A program made the position numbers and the translations under genes. This document shows, piece after piece, positions 1-9,543 of a DNA stretch of 64,000 nucleotides. The notes beneath the pieces are model-generated. The model ran no database searches. It saw nothing but the letters and a program-made list of their open reading frames with translations, and was not told the DNA's origin. The DNA lies in NCBI GenBank assembly GCA_949285325.1, contig CASDYZ010000007.1, positions 82,657-146,656 on the forward strand. Direction: 5' to 3'. Within the stretch, counting starts at the first letter, position 1; each line of letters opens with the position of its first letter. Origin of the DNA: an uncultured bacterium. GTDB lineage: Bacteria > Bacillota_I > Bacilli_A > RFN20 > CAG-826.

Positions 1-131
1 TCGTGAAGTTCAATAGGCAACATGACCATATCAAGTTCATGATATCCGTCTTTTCTCTTACCTAAACAGTTGAGAATTAAATTTATTTTCGCGTAACTTT
101 TAACTGATAAATGTTTTATTTTTCCAAACAT
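1..131 (-). CDS. ispE: 4-diphosphocytidyl-2-C-methyl-D-erythritol kinase, N-terminal fragment; the gene continues beyond the window start
   Basis: The reverse-strand reading gives [44 protein letters not shown]. The KINL..V..KR.DGYH.L motif is the IspE N-terminus. The start overlaps the rsmA 3' end by 16 nt, and ksgA-ispE neighbourhood is known in Bacillota. Confidence 0.55.
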   Translation of the reverse strand, partial: MFGKIKHLSVKSYAKINLILNCLGKRKDGYHELDMVMLPIELH

Positions 132-934
132 ATTTTAATCTTTCTAAATAACTGTAAATATTGATGTGGGCTTATTTGCTCAGGACGTGTTTGTCTATCG
201 ATATTTAATTCTAATAACGTCGCGCTAATTATGGTATCATCATTTATATAACTTTTCAAATTTTTAAATATAGTTTTTCTTCTATTTTTGAATATGATTT
301 TGCAAAATTTATACACTTCAAAATTTTCATCTCTATTTATATTATTATATAAATCAATGATAAAAATCGACGATTTACACTTTGGTATTGGATAAAAACA
401 ACTATTGGAAATATCAAATATTTTTTTAACCTCTCCGCATAGATGTAAATACACACTCAACGGTCCATATTCTTTGCCGTTTGTATCTATAAAATGTTTT
501 AAAGTTTCTTTTTGGCACATCAAAACCATTCTTTTGACGTTTTTACCATTTTTAATTAAATATAAAACCAATTCACTAGTTATGTTGTATGGGAGATTTG
601 AAATAATCTTATCATATTTAGAAATATCAAATTTTCTTATATCTCCACATATAATATTTATATTTTTATCTTTATAAAAAATGTTTAACAAAGTTGTCAT
701 ATTATAATCGATATCAATGACATCTAATTTATTAGTGTTCTCTATTAAAAAATGAGTTAGACTACCTAAACCCGGACCAATTTCTAAACAATTTTCATCA
801 TCTTTAATATCGAGTAGTGAAACAATTTTAGACGCTATATTTTCGTCTATTAAAAAGTTTTGCCCATAATCTTTACTAGGTACAACTCCAATTTCATTTA
901 ATATATGTTTAACATTACTAATATTTATCTTCAT
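116..934 (-). CDS. rsmA: 16S rRNA (adenine1518/1519-N6)-dimethyltransferase
   Basis: 272 aa with the SAM-binding motif [11 protein letters not shown] and the NLPYNI motif typical of KsgA/RsmA. Confidence 0.9.
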   Translation of the reverse strand: MKINISNVKHILNEIGVVPSKDYGQNFLIDENIASKIVSLLDIKDDENCLEIGPGLGSLTHFLIENTNKLDVIDIDYNMTTLLNIFYKDKNINIICGDIRKFDISKYDKIISNLPYNITSELVLYLIKNGKNVKRMVLMCQKETLKHFIDTNGKEYGPLSVYLHLCGEVKKIFDISNSCFYPIPKCKSSIFIIDLYNNINRDENFEVYKFCKIIFKNRRKTIFKNLKSYINDDTIISATLLELNIDRQTRPEQISPHQYLQLFRKIKICLEK

Positions 935-1442
935 AAATGTTTTTTAATTCTTCTATCTTTATTTTAAGAATATTTAATTTATAAATTAACTGTTTATTAT
1001 TAATTTGTCCTAAATAATAAAAATTCTTAATTTTATCTTTTAACTTTTTATCGTCATAAATATTGTTTTTAACTAAATCATTTATCGTTATATACGACCC
1101 ATCCATTTTAGAAAAATACGGTTTAAGTGCTTTGATGATTATTTCGATTGGGCATTCAAACACTCCATGTTTATTTTTATCATTTTGGTAGGATAAGAAA
1201 ATATCAGCTGTGTTATCTTTAACGACTGCCTTAATTTTATTTTTTATTTTTTCTCCAGCCTCATCTGGATCTAATAATAAAATAATTTTTCTCCTCTTAC
1301 TCACAAGTTTTAAAAAAGATAAATCAGTGTCATTTATATCAAAACCATCAGTAACAAAATAATAAGATTTGATATAAGAAGATAGATAAGATTTATCGTT
1401 ATTTCCTTCTACCACAATAAGTGCGTCAGTTTCGTATTTCAT
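918..1442 (-). CDS. rnmV: Ribonuclease M5 (Toprim domain)
   Basis: Toprim motifs IVVEGNNDKSYL and LLLDPDEAGEKI. It sits next to ksgA, as rnmV does in Bacillota. Confidence 0.8.
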   Translation of the reverse strand: MKYETDALIVVEGNNDKSYLSSYIKSYYFVTDGFDINDTDLSFLKLVSKRRKIILLLDPDEAGEKIKNKIKAVVKDNTADIFLSYQNDKNKHGVFECPIEIIIKALKPYFSKMDGSYITINDLVKNNIYDDKKLKDKIKNFYYLGQINNKQLIYKLNILKIKIEELKNIYEDKY

Positions 1443-1445
1443 AAT

Positions 1446-2216
1446 TTACACGTGGAACAATTTTCGCCCGTTACTATAAGTACACTCACAAATTTTTTCT
1501 TCACTTTCACTTTTTATATTGGCAATTTCTTTAACGATAAGTGTTAAATTTAGCGGAGTATTAACCGTACCTCTTAAAGGGTGGGGAGATAAATACGGTG
1601 AATCAGTTTCTATTAACAATTTATCAAGTGGGGTAATTTTAACTACTTCTTTTATATTTTTTCCATTTAAAAAAGTAACTGGCCCATCAATACCTATATA
1701 TAAATCTAAATTTAAAAACAATTTGACCATCTCGCTAGAATAGGAGTAGCAGTGCATACTTCCACCATAAAGTGGTCGATGTTCTTTAAGTATTTGATAA
1801 GTATCGTTAGAAGCGTCTCTTGAGTGAATAATTATCGGTTTGTGATATTTATTCGCTATTTCAATTTGTTTTATGAACCATTCTTTTTGTCTTTCTCTTT
1901 CTTTACTATCTTTCACCCAGTGATAATCTAGTCCTATTTCACCTAACGCGACAACTTTATCGTGATTTAATAAAGAAAAAAATTGTTCTTCATCTTCTTT
2001 TTTTAAAGAATCTAATTCAGTTGGATGAATACCAATAGAGGCATAACAACAATTAAATTCTTTAGCTATCTCTACTGCTTGTAAACTAGTTTTATAATCA
2101 AATCCAACTACTAAAATTAAATCGATATTTTTCTTAAGACAATCTGAAATAATTTGCTTTCTATCTCTATATAATTGCTCTGAATTTAAATGGCAGTGAG
2201 TATCGAAATATTTCAT
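1446..2216 (-). CDS. tatD: TatD family metal-dependent DNase/hydrolase
   Basis: FDTHCHL N-terminal motif and conserved His/Asp/Glu positions of the TatD fold; 256 aa. Confidence 0.9.
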   Translation of the reverse strand: MKYFDTHCHLNSEQLYRDRKQIISDCLKKNIDLILVVGFDYKTSLQAVEIAKEFNCCYASIGIHPTELDSLKKEDEEQFFSLLNHDKVVALGEIGLDYHWVKDSKERERQKEWFIKQIEIANKYHKPIIIHSRDASNDTYQILKEHRPLYGGSMHCYSYSSEMVKLFLNLDLYIGIDGPVTFLNGKNIKEVVKITPLDKLLIETDSPYLSPHPLRGTVNTPLNLTLIVKEIANIKSESEEKICECTYSNGRKLFHV

Positions 2217-2217
2217 T

Positions 2218-3546
2218 TTATTTACCTACACAAAATCGAGAAAATATTTCTTTAGAAATATCTATCTTATTATCTTCTCCTAAAATGTCTAACATATCTT
2301 TATAAGCAACATAGATAGAAGAAGAAACTAAATCGATAGGTAAATCATTACTTGCATCATCCTTTGCTTGTTTTAACTGCATTCTCGCATGTTTTAATAA
2401 ACCTATCTGTCTAGCGTTATTTAAACTAGGATGAGTAAAAACAGTTTCATCCAAACCAAATAAATTCATAATTTGTTTTTTAAGTGGCTCTAAATCATTA
2501 TTAAGCGCGGAAATATATAATTTATCATCATCTTTTTCTTTTAATAAATCCGCTTTGTTGTAAACGATGATATATTTTTTTGTTTTTGCTAATTCTAATG
2601 CTTTTTTATCATCATCATCTAAAGGCTTTGAACCATCAAACACTAATATGACTAAATCCGCTTTTTCGATACTTTCTTTAGATTTATTTATACCGATAGA
2701 TTCAATTTTATCACTTGTATCTCTAAGCCCGGCGGTATCGAGTAGGTGTAGTGTTAATCCATTTAAATTAATTTCACCTTCAACGACATCCCTAGTCGTC
2801 CCATAAATGTCGCTGACAATAGCTTTATCAACACCCATCAAAGCGTTTAAAAGAGAAGATTTACCAACATTAGGCTTACCCACAATCGCGACTTTAACAC
2901 CGTCTTTAACTATTTGTCCTTTTTTACCTTCACTTATAAGTTTATCTATCACTTCACAAAGTTCGTCTGAATATTTAATAACCATCTCTTTATTTGCAAT
3001 TTCAATATCTTCGTATTCTGGATAATCAATATTCACTTCAATTAAAGATAGTAAATCTGCAAGTTTGGTTTTTAAAGGAACAATCAATTTAGATGTGTCA
3101 CCACTCAAAGATAATAAACTTAAATTTTTAGCCTCAATTGTTGAGGCGTTTATGACATCATTTATCGCTTCAGCTTGCACTAAATCGACTTTTTGATGTA
3201 AAAAAGCACGTGAAGAATATTCGCCACGCTGAGCAAGTCTTGCTCCGTGATTAACTAATAAAGATATAATTTGATTAGCGATTAAAATAGAACCATGACA
3301 AATGATTTCTACCATATCTTCACCAGTGAAACTTTTAGGACCTTTATACGCGATAAGGACTACTTCATCGACTGTCTTACCATCATCTAATATTTTTCCA
3401 ACTAACGCTTCTCGCTTATTTATTTTTGTCAAATCTTTAGAAAAACATTTTGTGACAATATCAAAACAATCAACACCTGACAATCTAATAATCGCAAGTG
3501 CGGATTTAAAGGGTGGAGTAGCTAAACTAACAATTGTTTCAAACAT
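2218..3546 (-). CDS. mnmE: tRNA modification GTPase MnmE
   Basis: G-domain motifs GKPNVGKSSLLNAL, DTAG and NKAD. The C-terminal CVGK tetrapeptide is a hallmark of MnmE/TrmE. Confidence 0.95.
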   Translation of the reverse strand: MFETIVSLATPPFKSALAIIRLSGVDCFDIVTKCFSKDLTKINKREALVGKILDDGKTVDEVVLIAYKGPKSFTGEDMVEIICHGSILIANQIISLLVNHGARLAQRGEYSSRAFLHQKVDLVQAEAINDVINASTIEAKNLSLLSLSGDTSKLIVPLKTKLADLLSLIEVNIDYPEYEDIEIANKEMVIKYSDELCEVIDKLISEGKKGQIVKDGVKVAIVGKPNVGKSSLLNALMGVDKAIVSDIYGTTRDVVEGEINLNGLTLHLLDTAGLRDTSDKIESIGINKSKESIEKADLVILVFDGSKPLDDDDKKALELAKTKKYIIVYNKADLLKEKDDDKLYISALNNDLEPLKKQIMNLFGLDETVFTHPSLNNARQIGLLKHARMQLKQAKDDASNDLPIDLVSSSIYVAYKDMLDILGEDNKIDISKEIFSRFCVGK

Positions 3547-3605
3547 AATCTAATTTTAACTTATATTATTAGATTTAAAAACACCCTATTGGGTGTCTTT
3601 ATTAA

Positions 3606-4211
3606 TTATTCGACGTAAATTAATTTTACTTGTCTTTTATTACCTTCGCCGATCGATTCACTTTTCACGTGACGGATGTTATTTATCGCATTGTGAATTG
3701 CTCTTCTTTCATCCGCCGGCATCGGTTCAAAAGTATAATCTTGTTTTGTCTTAGCTACTTTAAAGGCATATCTTCTCGCAACACGAATTAATTTTTCATA
3801 TTTTTTATCTTTATATCCGCCGATATCGACAAGGATTCTAAAGCGGTGGTGGAAGTGAGAATTCACCGCAGTTTTAACTAATTCATTGAGAGATTGAAGA
3901 GTTTTTCCATTTTTTCCAATCAAAATTGGATTGTGTATCGATTCGACAGTCAAATGGATAATATTGTTTTCATCATCTAATTTAGTGTTGACTGAAGCAT
4001 CTATTTCTAAAGCGTCAGTAATACCTAAAATATAATCTTCTGCGTAGCGGATAACATCTGTCATCTCAAAGACATTAACTACAACTTTTTTTGTAAACAA
4101 ACCTCTTTTTTTATCTTCAACTTGATAAATCAATTGTTCTACTTCAAAACCTAATTCTTTGCTAGCCTGCTCGAGAGCTTCCTCGACAGTTTTTGCTTGA
4201 TATGTTTTCAT
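3606..4211 (-). CDS. jag: Jag/KhpB RNA-binding protein (KH + R3H domains)
   Basis: 201 aa located between yidC and mnmE as in Bacillota, with a C-terminal R3H-like region (RRAIHNAINNI). Confidence 0.8.
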   Translation of the reverse strand: MKTYQAKTVEEALEQASKELGFEVEQLIYQVEDKKRGLFTKKVVVNVFEMTDVIRYAEDYILGITDALEIDASVNTKLDDENNIIHLTVESIHNPILIGKNGKTLQSLNELVKTAVNSHFHHRFRILVDIGGYKDKKYEKLIRVARRYAFKVAKTKQDYTFEPMPADERRAIHNAINNIRHVKSESIGEGNKRQVKLIYVE

Positions 4212-5689
4212 TATTTATTCCCTACCTTTTTCTTTTTTGTTCTTCTACTATTGCTAATAGCTTGCATAATCAAAGTTTGCGCAATGCTCATAATCGCACC
4301 AATGAGCCAATAAACTCCCATACCAGATGCGAGAAAGAAGCCCATGAAAATAATTGATGCGAGCATGATGTATGTAAACCATTTCATCTTGTTGGACTGT
4401 GATTTTTGTGTTAAGTTTTTGCCTAATTTAGCAACTTTCTTTTGATTTCTTTTTTGTATCCACTGCGGTAAAAGCATCGCACACACTTGAGCGGCAGTCA
4501 TTAAAATAAATAGAACTAACGCAGTCCAAGCGCTTGGATGAGGGCCTACCCAGTTACTACCATTAAACAAAGCTGAACTAATAGAATCAGATAATCTCAA
4601 ACCCAAAAATTCACCACTCGACAACCAACTCGAGCCACTTAAAGCACCCCAAACACAAATAAATACTGGGAACTGTAATATCATGACTAATATTGATGTA
4701 AATGGATTAATTTTATTCTTTTTATAGAGTTTTTGCATTTCCATCGCCATTAATTCTTTTTCACGTTTTGTGTTATTTGGATATTTGGCTTGAATTTTAG
4801 CGATTTCTGGTTGAAGTTCCATCATCTTCGTATTGCCTGTTGTTTGTTTGAAAGTAATAGCCATCATAATCAAACGAATAATAATAGTCATGAATAAAAT
4901 GGCTAAAATTTGAGGACCACCATTATTTGGATTCATGCCTAAATTGACAAATCCTTGAACAATACCATCGATTGCCCAACCGATTGGATAGATTAATAAT
5001 CCTTCTAAAAATCCTCTTTTCCACGCATAACCCCAATCTTTTCCTTCAATTTCAATAGGAGTTTTATCGCTTCCATATCCATAGTATCCATATTCACCAT
5101 CGGTAGTGGCAATACAAGAATTATATGAAGCAATATTAGCGTTCATTTGATTTTTATAAAACGCTAAAAAGTCAGCGTCAGGATATTGGTCGACTTCAAT
5201 ATTTTGCCTAACTTCTTGGTTGTAGACATCCCAGTTAGACCACAATTTTATTTTCTCATTTACTGTATCGTAATATTTTAAATAACCATATTCATCGAGA
5301 GCGTCTATAATGTCATCTCTTCCCAAATTAGAAGTATCAGTAATACCGCTCTCTTGTAAAGCGTGATCTAAAACTACTCTATCCATTTCGATAAAGTATT
5401 CAATCGAAGGTTCTCTATATCCTTGATCAATAGCTGAATCAACAATTTTTTTAACTGCTTGGTTATTGTCATATTCAGCCGTGTAATATACATCATTAAA
5501 GCCTTCTAAAGGAATAGCCTCGTCTGGCTTATCTTCATTTGTATAATAAGCTGTTACACCAAAATCGAAAGCGTAGAGCATATGAGCTTTATCTTTAGGT
5601 GAACAGAAAGATGCAGTACAACTAGATAAGGTAATAGCGCCTAGAAGGAGTAATCCACCAGCAACACCAAATTTAATACCTTTTTTCAT
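4211..5689 (-). CDS. yidC: Membrane protein insertase YidC/OxaA, lipoprotein type with a long N-terminal extracytoplasmic domain
   Basis: Signal peptide plus lipobox (LSSCTA), multiple C-terminal TM helices, a basic C-tail, and position between rnpA and jag. Confidence 0.85.
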   Translation of the reverse strand: MKKGIKFGVAGGLLLLGAITLSSCTASFCSPKDKAHMLYAFDFGVTAYYTNEDKPDEAIPLEGFNDVYYTAEYDNNQAVKKIVDSAIDQGYREPSIEYFIEMDRVVLDHALQESGITDTSNLGRDDIIDALDEYGYLKYYDTVNEKIKLWSNWDVYNQEVRQNIEVDQYPDADFLAFYKNQMNANIASYNSCIATTDGEYGYYGYGSDKTPIEIEGKDWGYAWKRGFLEGLLIYPIGWAIDGIVQGFVNLGMNPNNGGPQILAILFMTIIIRLIMMAITFKQTTGNTKMMELQPEIAKIQAKYPNNTKREKELMAMEMQKLYKKNKINPFTSILVMILQFPVFICVWGALSGSSWLSSGEFLGLRLSDSISSALFNGSNWVGPHPSAWTALVLFILMTAAQVCAMLLPQWIQKRNQKKVAKLGKNLTQKSQSNKMKWFTYIMLASIIFMGFFLASGMGVYWLIGAIMSIAQTLIMQAISNSRRTKKKKVGNK

Positions 5690-6030
5690 TTCTTTAACAA
5701 TTGCCTTTCTTTGTTTTTTAATAAATTGACAAGAAGAGCCTTATTTGTTTTATATTCATTATCTAGAAAATTCTTTTTAGCAATAACAATTACATCGAAG
5801 CAAGCATCGAAATCAAATATTTCATTAACTAAGGCTCGAATCTGTCTTTTTATTTTATTTCTAACAACAGCGTTTCCAAGTTTAGTAGAAGCGGAAACGC
5901 CAACGCGTAGATGACCGACATTTTCATTTTTTAACACGTGGATATTGAGAATATCACTTTTTAGATGAATTCCACTTTTAATTATGCGGTCGAAATCAGT
6001 ATTTTTTTTAATACGAAATTTAACTTTCAT
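5686..6030 (-). CDS. rnpA: Ribonuclease P protein component
   Basis: 114-aa basic protein directly downstream of rpmH, with a RNase P protein-like core. Confidence 0.85.
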   Translation of the reverse strand: MKVKFRIKKNTDFDRIIKSGIHLKSDILNIHVLKNENVGHLRVGVSASTKLGNAVVRNKIKRQIRALVNEIFDFDACFDVIVIAKKNFLDNEYKTNKALLVNLLKNKERQLLKK

Positions 6031-6032
6031 TA

Positions 6033-6170
6033 TTAATCAGTAAGTTTTTTTCTACCTTTAGCGCGACGTCTAGCGATGACTCTACGTCCATTGGCAGTTT
6101 TCATTCTCGCACGAAATCCCGCACGTCTAGCGTGTTGTAGTTTACTAGGTTGATAAGTTTTTTTAGCCAT
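6033..6170 (-). CDS. rpmH: 50S ribosomal protein L34
   Basis: The reverse strand encodes [45 protein letters not shown], the canonical L34. It is 45 codons, too short for the ORF track. Confidence 0.9.
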   Translation of the reverse strand: MAKKTYQPSKLQHARRAGFRARMKTANGRRVIARRRAKGRKKLTD

Positions 6171-6301
6171 TAATTTAATACCTCCAAAATATTATAGTCA
6201 AGACAAAGTATATATACTTATACAAACAAAAGTCAATTTATTTATGCGTATACGCACCTATATGTGCATAAAAAATCAAACAAAATTATATCAAAATTGA
6301 G

Positions 6302-6540
6302 TTTTCCACATTGTTTTATACTACAATTATATTTAATCTTAATATATCAAAGATATATTTATATATGACATACTAATCACTTTTCCACATCAATCCACAT
6401 GTGGATAACTTTTCCACATTTTTTCCACAGTGGAATTTTGTGGATTTGGTGGAAAACTAGTAAAATCAAGGCTTTAAAAGTACTTAAAATGTGGAAAACT
6501 TATTTTTTTACTTTTTTTAGTATGTTTTGATTGTGGAATA
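6302..6540. promoter_or_regulatory. oriC DnaA-box cluster upstream of dnaA
   Basis: At least 10 DnaA-box-like 9-mers lie in about 240 bp. One is a perfect TGTGGATAA (6400-6408). TTTTCCACA occurs at 6302, 6381, 6410 and 6421. TGTGGAAAA is at 6490, with further one- or two-mismatch copies. Confidence 0.85.
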
Positions 6541-6569
6541 TTCTATAATAAGGCAGGGAAAAATAGTTT

Positions 6570-7943
6570 ATGAATTCATCAGTGTCAGAAATCGCCCAAC
6601 TTTGGGACAGAATATTAAAAAATATACAAGAAAGATTAAATGAAAACGATATATTCGATTCGTTTTTTAAAGAAACTTATATCAATGATATAAAAAATGA
6701 TAAGATGATAATTGTCGCCAATTCGAGTCTCGCCATACAGTTATTTAAGAAAAAATATTATGAAATAATTAGAGAAGTAGTAAAAGATGTGACTGAAACA
6801 GAATTTAAATTAGAATTTGTGTTAGAAGAAGATATAAAACAAAATAATTCTGATGAAAATAGTGTTTCGACAAAAAAACAAACTTATTTTGAATCAGCAC
6901 TTATAAATCCAAAACTGACATTTGATAATTTTGTCGTCGGTTCATTTAATAGAGAAGCAAGTCAGGCTGCACTTTTGATTGCAACAAACCCTGGCAAGAT
7001 GTTTAACCCATTGTTTATGTATTCCAATAGTGGGTTAGGAAAAACACACCTCTTACACGCGATAGGTAACTACATCATAAAAAATGGGAGTCCTAACATT
7101 AAAATCTTATATATCACCGCGAATAATTTTGTCGATGAATATATTAGATACGTAAGAGCGGATAAAGATAGTGAATCGCTTAAAGATTTCTTTAAAGGTG
7201 TCGATGTCTTACTCCTTGATGATGTCCAGTTTTTAGCGGACAAAGTTAAAACTAGCGAAATGTTTTTCTACATTTATACAAAGATGATAAGTGATGGTAA
7301 ACAAATCGTAATAACTTCTGATCATCAACCAAACGAACTAAAAGGTTTAGAAGATAGATTGATTACTAGATTTAGTCAAGGATTAGTCGTTTCAATCGCC
7401 GAGCCAGATCAGAATACATGCGTTGAAATTTTAAAGAAAAAAATCACCGCAAGTGGGTTAGATGTAAACAATTTTGATGAAAGTGTATTATACTTCTTTG
7501 CTGACAAATTTTCTAAGAATGTCAGAGAACTAGAAGGGGCATTAAATAGATTGATTTTTTATGTCGTATCACTAAAACAAACAGATAAAATCACGATGGA
7601 AACCGCTATAGAGGCTGTCTCATCTTTAGTTGGTGGAAAAACTGTTGCTACTCAGTTAAACGAGCAAAAAATAATTAACATAGTCGCGGAATATTACAAT
7701 TTAACTCCAAGTCAATTGACGGGAAGAATTAGAACTGGGCAAATAACGATGGCTAGACACATCGCGATGTACTTGATTAGAACTACATTAATCAATGTCC
7801 CATTAAAGAAAATAGGTGATATGTTTGGAGGTAAAGACCACACCACAGTGATGAATGGTGTATCCAAAGTGGAAAAAGAGTTGAAAACTGACGAAAAACT
7901 CCAACAAGCAATCGCCGAATTAAAAAGGAGGATAGGAGCTTAA
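6570..7943 (+). CDS. dnaA: Chromosomal replication initiator protein DnaA
   Basis: AAA+ Walker A GLGKTHLLHA, the box VII region, and the C-terminal DNA-binding signature TGRIRTGQITMARHIAMYL...IGDMFGGKDHTTVM. Confidence 0.97.
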   Translation: MNSSVSEIAQLWDRILKNIQERLNENDIFDSFFKETYINDIKNDKMIIVANSSLAIQLFKKKYYEIIREVVKDVTETEFKLEFVLEEDIKQNNSDENSVSTKKQTYFESALINPKLTFDNFVVGSFNREASQAALLIATNPGKMFNPLFMYSNSGLGKTHLLHAIGNYIIKNGSPNIKILYITANNFVDEYIRYVRADKDSESLKDFFKGVDVLLLDDVQFLADKVKTSEMFFYIYTKMISDGKQIVITSDHQPNELKGLEDRLITRFSQGLVVSIAEPDQNTCVEILKKKITASGLDVNNFDESVLYFFADKFSKNVRELEGALNRLIFYVVSLKQTDKITMETAIEAVSSLVGGKTVATQLNEQKIINIVAEYYNLTPSQLTGRIRTGQITMARHIAMYLIRTTLINVPLKKIGDMFGGKDHTTVMNGVSKVEKELKTDEKLQQAIAELKRRIGA

Positions 7944-8045
7944 TATTTATTTTATAAAAATAAAAATACAACTTTTAAATAGTTTATGATATACTTAAAA
8001 AGTGAAAAAAATAGACGATTTTAAAAAGTTATCCACATATCCACA
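7944..8045. promoter_or_regulatory. oriC second module: AT-rich DNA-unwinding element plus two tandem DnaA boxes
   Basis: A roughly 85-bp run that is almost pure A/T is followed by TTATCCACA (8029-8037) and ATATCCACA (8037-8045). This dnaA-dnaN intergenic layout is typical of Bacillota/Mollicutes origins. Confidence 0.8.
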
Positions 8046-8099
8046 ATGCTTATAATTATTATTAATATATAAAAAAATAAAAGAAAGGGATAATTATAT

Positions 8100-9227
8100 A
8101 TGAGATTCACAATCAAACGAGAACAATTCCTTAAAAGCTTAAATATCGCCAATAGAGCGATTTCATCCAAATCCGCGATAGCAGCGTTATCTAACGTTAA
8201 ACTAGATTTAACAGAAGAAGGTTTATTTGTCATGGGTTCTAATTTTGAATTTACTATTAGAACATTCGTACCATATAAAGACAACGCTGGAACTGATTTA
8301 ATAAGAAATTATAAAGAAGGTTCGATATTATTAAACGCAAAAATTATTTCTGAAATAGCAAGAAAAATGGAAGCGGAAGAAATAACGATAGAAATAATCG
8401 ATTCAACAATCGCGACCGTGACGGATAATAAATCAGAATATAAATTAAACTGTATGCGTGCAGAAGAGTATCCTGATGTCGATTTAGACGCATCTAATGG
8501 AGTTTTATTCTCTCTACCAGTCGCTCAATTTGCCTCGATGGTAGATCAAACCGCTTTTGCCGCGTCAACAAAAGAACAAAGACCTATCTTAACCGCACTT
8601 AATTTAGAGGCTGGAGAAGGACTTTTAACTGCAATCGCAACTGATTCAGCAAGATTAGCTAAAAAACAAATACCTATTTCATCAAACCTTAAATTTATCG
8701 CAAATATACCTGCAAAAATGATGGTGGAAATAGAGCATTTATCCGAAGGCTCAAGTGATATTGCAATTTCTATAGGTGATAAGAAAGCTCTATTTACCTT
8801 TAGCAACACAACCGTTGTCACTAGACTATTACAAGGTGAATTCCCAAATACTAGTAAAGTCATCCCGCACGGGACAAATTATTCTTTAGAAGTTAACGCT
8901 GAAGACCTAATAAGAGCGATAGATAGGGCAAATATCCTTTCAATCGATAGAGAAAATGTCGTCGATTTAAGTATGGAAAGTGACAAGATTGAAATATCCG
9001 CGAAAAGTTCACAAGTCGGTTCTGCTAGTGAAAAGGTTTCTCCATTTAGATATGAAGGACAACCTTTACAAATATCATTTAATTCTGAATTTGTCGTCGC
9101 TGCAGTAAAAGCGCTTGGAAGTGAAGATGTAACTTTCTCATTTGTAGGCGAAATGAGACCATTTGTCATCAAAAACACCAAAGATGATTCAGTCGTTCAA
9201 GTCGTCACTCCAGTAAGGACATTTTAA
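8100..9227 (+). CDS. dnaN: DNA polymerase III beta sliding clamp
   Basis: 375 aa with three-domain beta-clamp architecture, positioned immediately after dnaA. Confidence 0.95.
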   Translation: MRFTIKREQFLKSLNIANRAISSKSAIAALSNVKLDLTEEGLFVMGSNFEFTIRTFVPYKDNAGTDLIRNYKEGSILLNAKIISEIARKMEAEEITIEIIDSTIATVTDNKSEYKLNCMRAEEYPDVDLDASNGVLFSLPVAQFASMVDQTAFAASTKEQRPILTALNLEAGEGLLTAIATDSARLAKKQIPISSNLKFIANIPAKMMVEIEHLSEGSSDIAISIGDKKALFTFSNTTVVTRLLQGEFPNTSKVIPHGTNYSLEVNAEDLIRAIDRANILSIDRENVVDLSMESDKIEISAKSSQVGSASEKVSPFRYEGQPLQISFNSEFVVAAVKALGSEDVTFSFVGEMRPFVIKNTKDDSVVQVVTPVRTF

Positions 9228-9260
9228 TCGAAAAAACGCAAATTAATAATATTAGCAAAT

Positions 9261-9290
9261 AAGGGAAATAATATTTCCCTTTTTTATTTA
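9261..9290 (+). terminator. Rho-independent terminator of dnaN
   Basis: Inverted repeat AAGGGAA / TTCCCTT with a short loop, followed by TTTTTATTTAT. Confidence 0.6.
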
Positions 9291-9321
9291 TATTGTGTAT
9301 AATATTGACAAGGAGTTTTTT

Positions 9322-9543
9322 GTGGGTTTAAAAGCAGTTAAAATACGTCAAAATCAAGATTATATTACACTCAATAACTTTTTAAAAATTATCGGTGTAA
9401 TATCTACTGGTGGAGAAGCTAAAATGTTTCTTATGTCTAACGATGTCTATGTCAATGACGAACTAGAATCAAGAAGAGGTAGGAAGCTTAAGAAAGGCGA
9501 TAAAATTAAAATTTATAATCAAGAATTTATAATCGATCAATAA
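9322..9543 (+). CDS. yaaA: S4-domain RNA-binding protein YaaA
   Basis: ITLNNFLKIIGVISTGGEAKMFL...VNDELESRRGRKLKKGD aligns with B. subtilis YaaA. Start taken as GTG at 9322, preceded by AAGGAG with a 6-nt spacer. The track ORF start at 9295 lies inside a TATAAT -10 element. Confidence 0.7.
   Translation: MGLKAVKIRQNQDYITLNNFLKIIGVISTGGEAKMFLMSNDVYVNDELESRRGRKLKKGDKIKIYNQEFIIDQ

Noticed and set aside
405-677. Small ORFs on the strand opposite to well-supported genes (405-677, 1519-1743, 2567-3553, 5711-5914, 8021-8284, 8546-9181 and many others in the track)
   Set aside because: They lie fully inside conserved housekeeping genes on the antisense strand and have low-complexity, Ser/Leu/Phe-rich translations typical of AT-rich antisense frames. 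They are shadow ORFs.
9295-9321. Start at 9295 for yaaA (MYNIDKEFF)
   Set aside because: The 9295 start is GTG embedded in a TATAAT -10 hexamer. The homologous YaaA begins about at VGLKAV, so the GTG at 9322 with AAGGAG-N6 is preferred.
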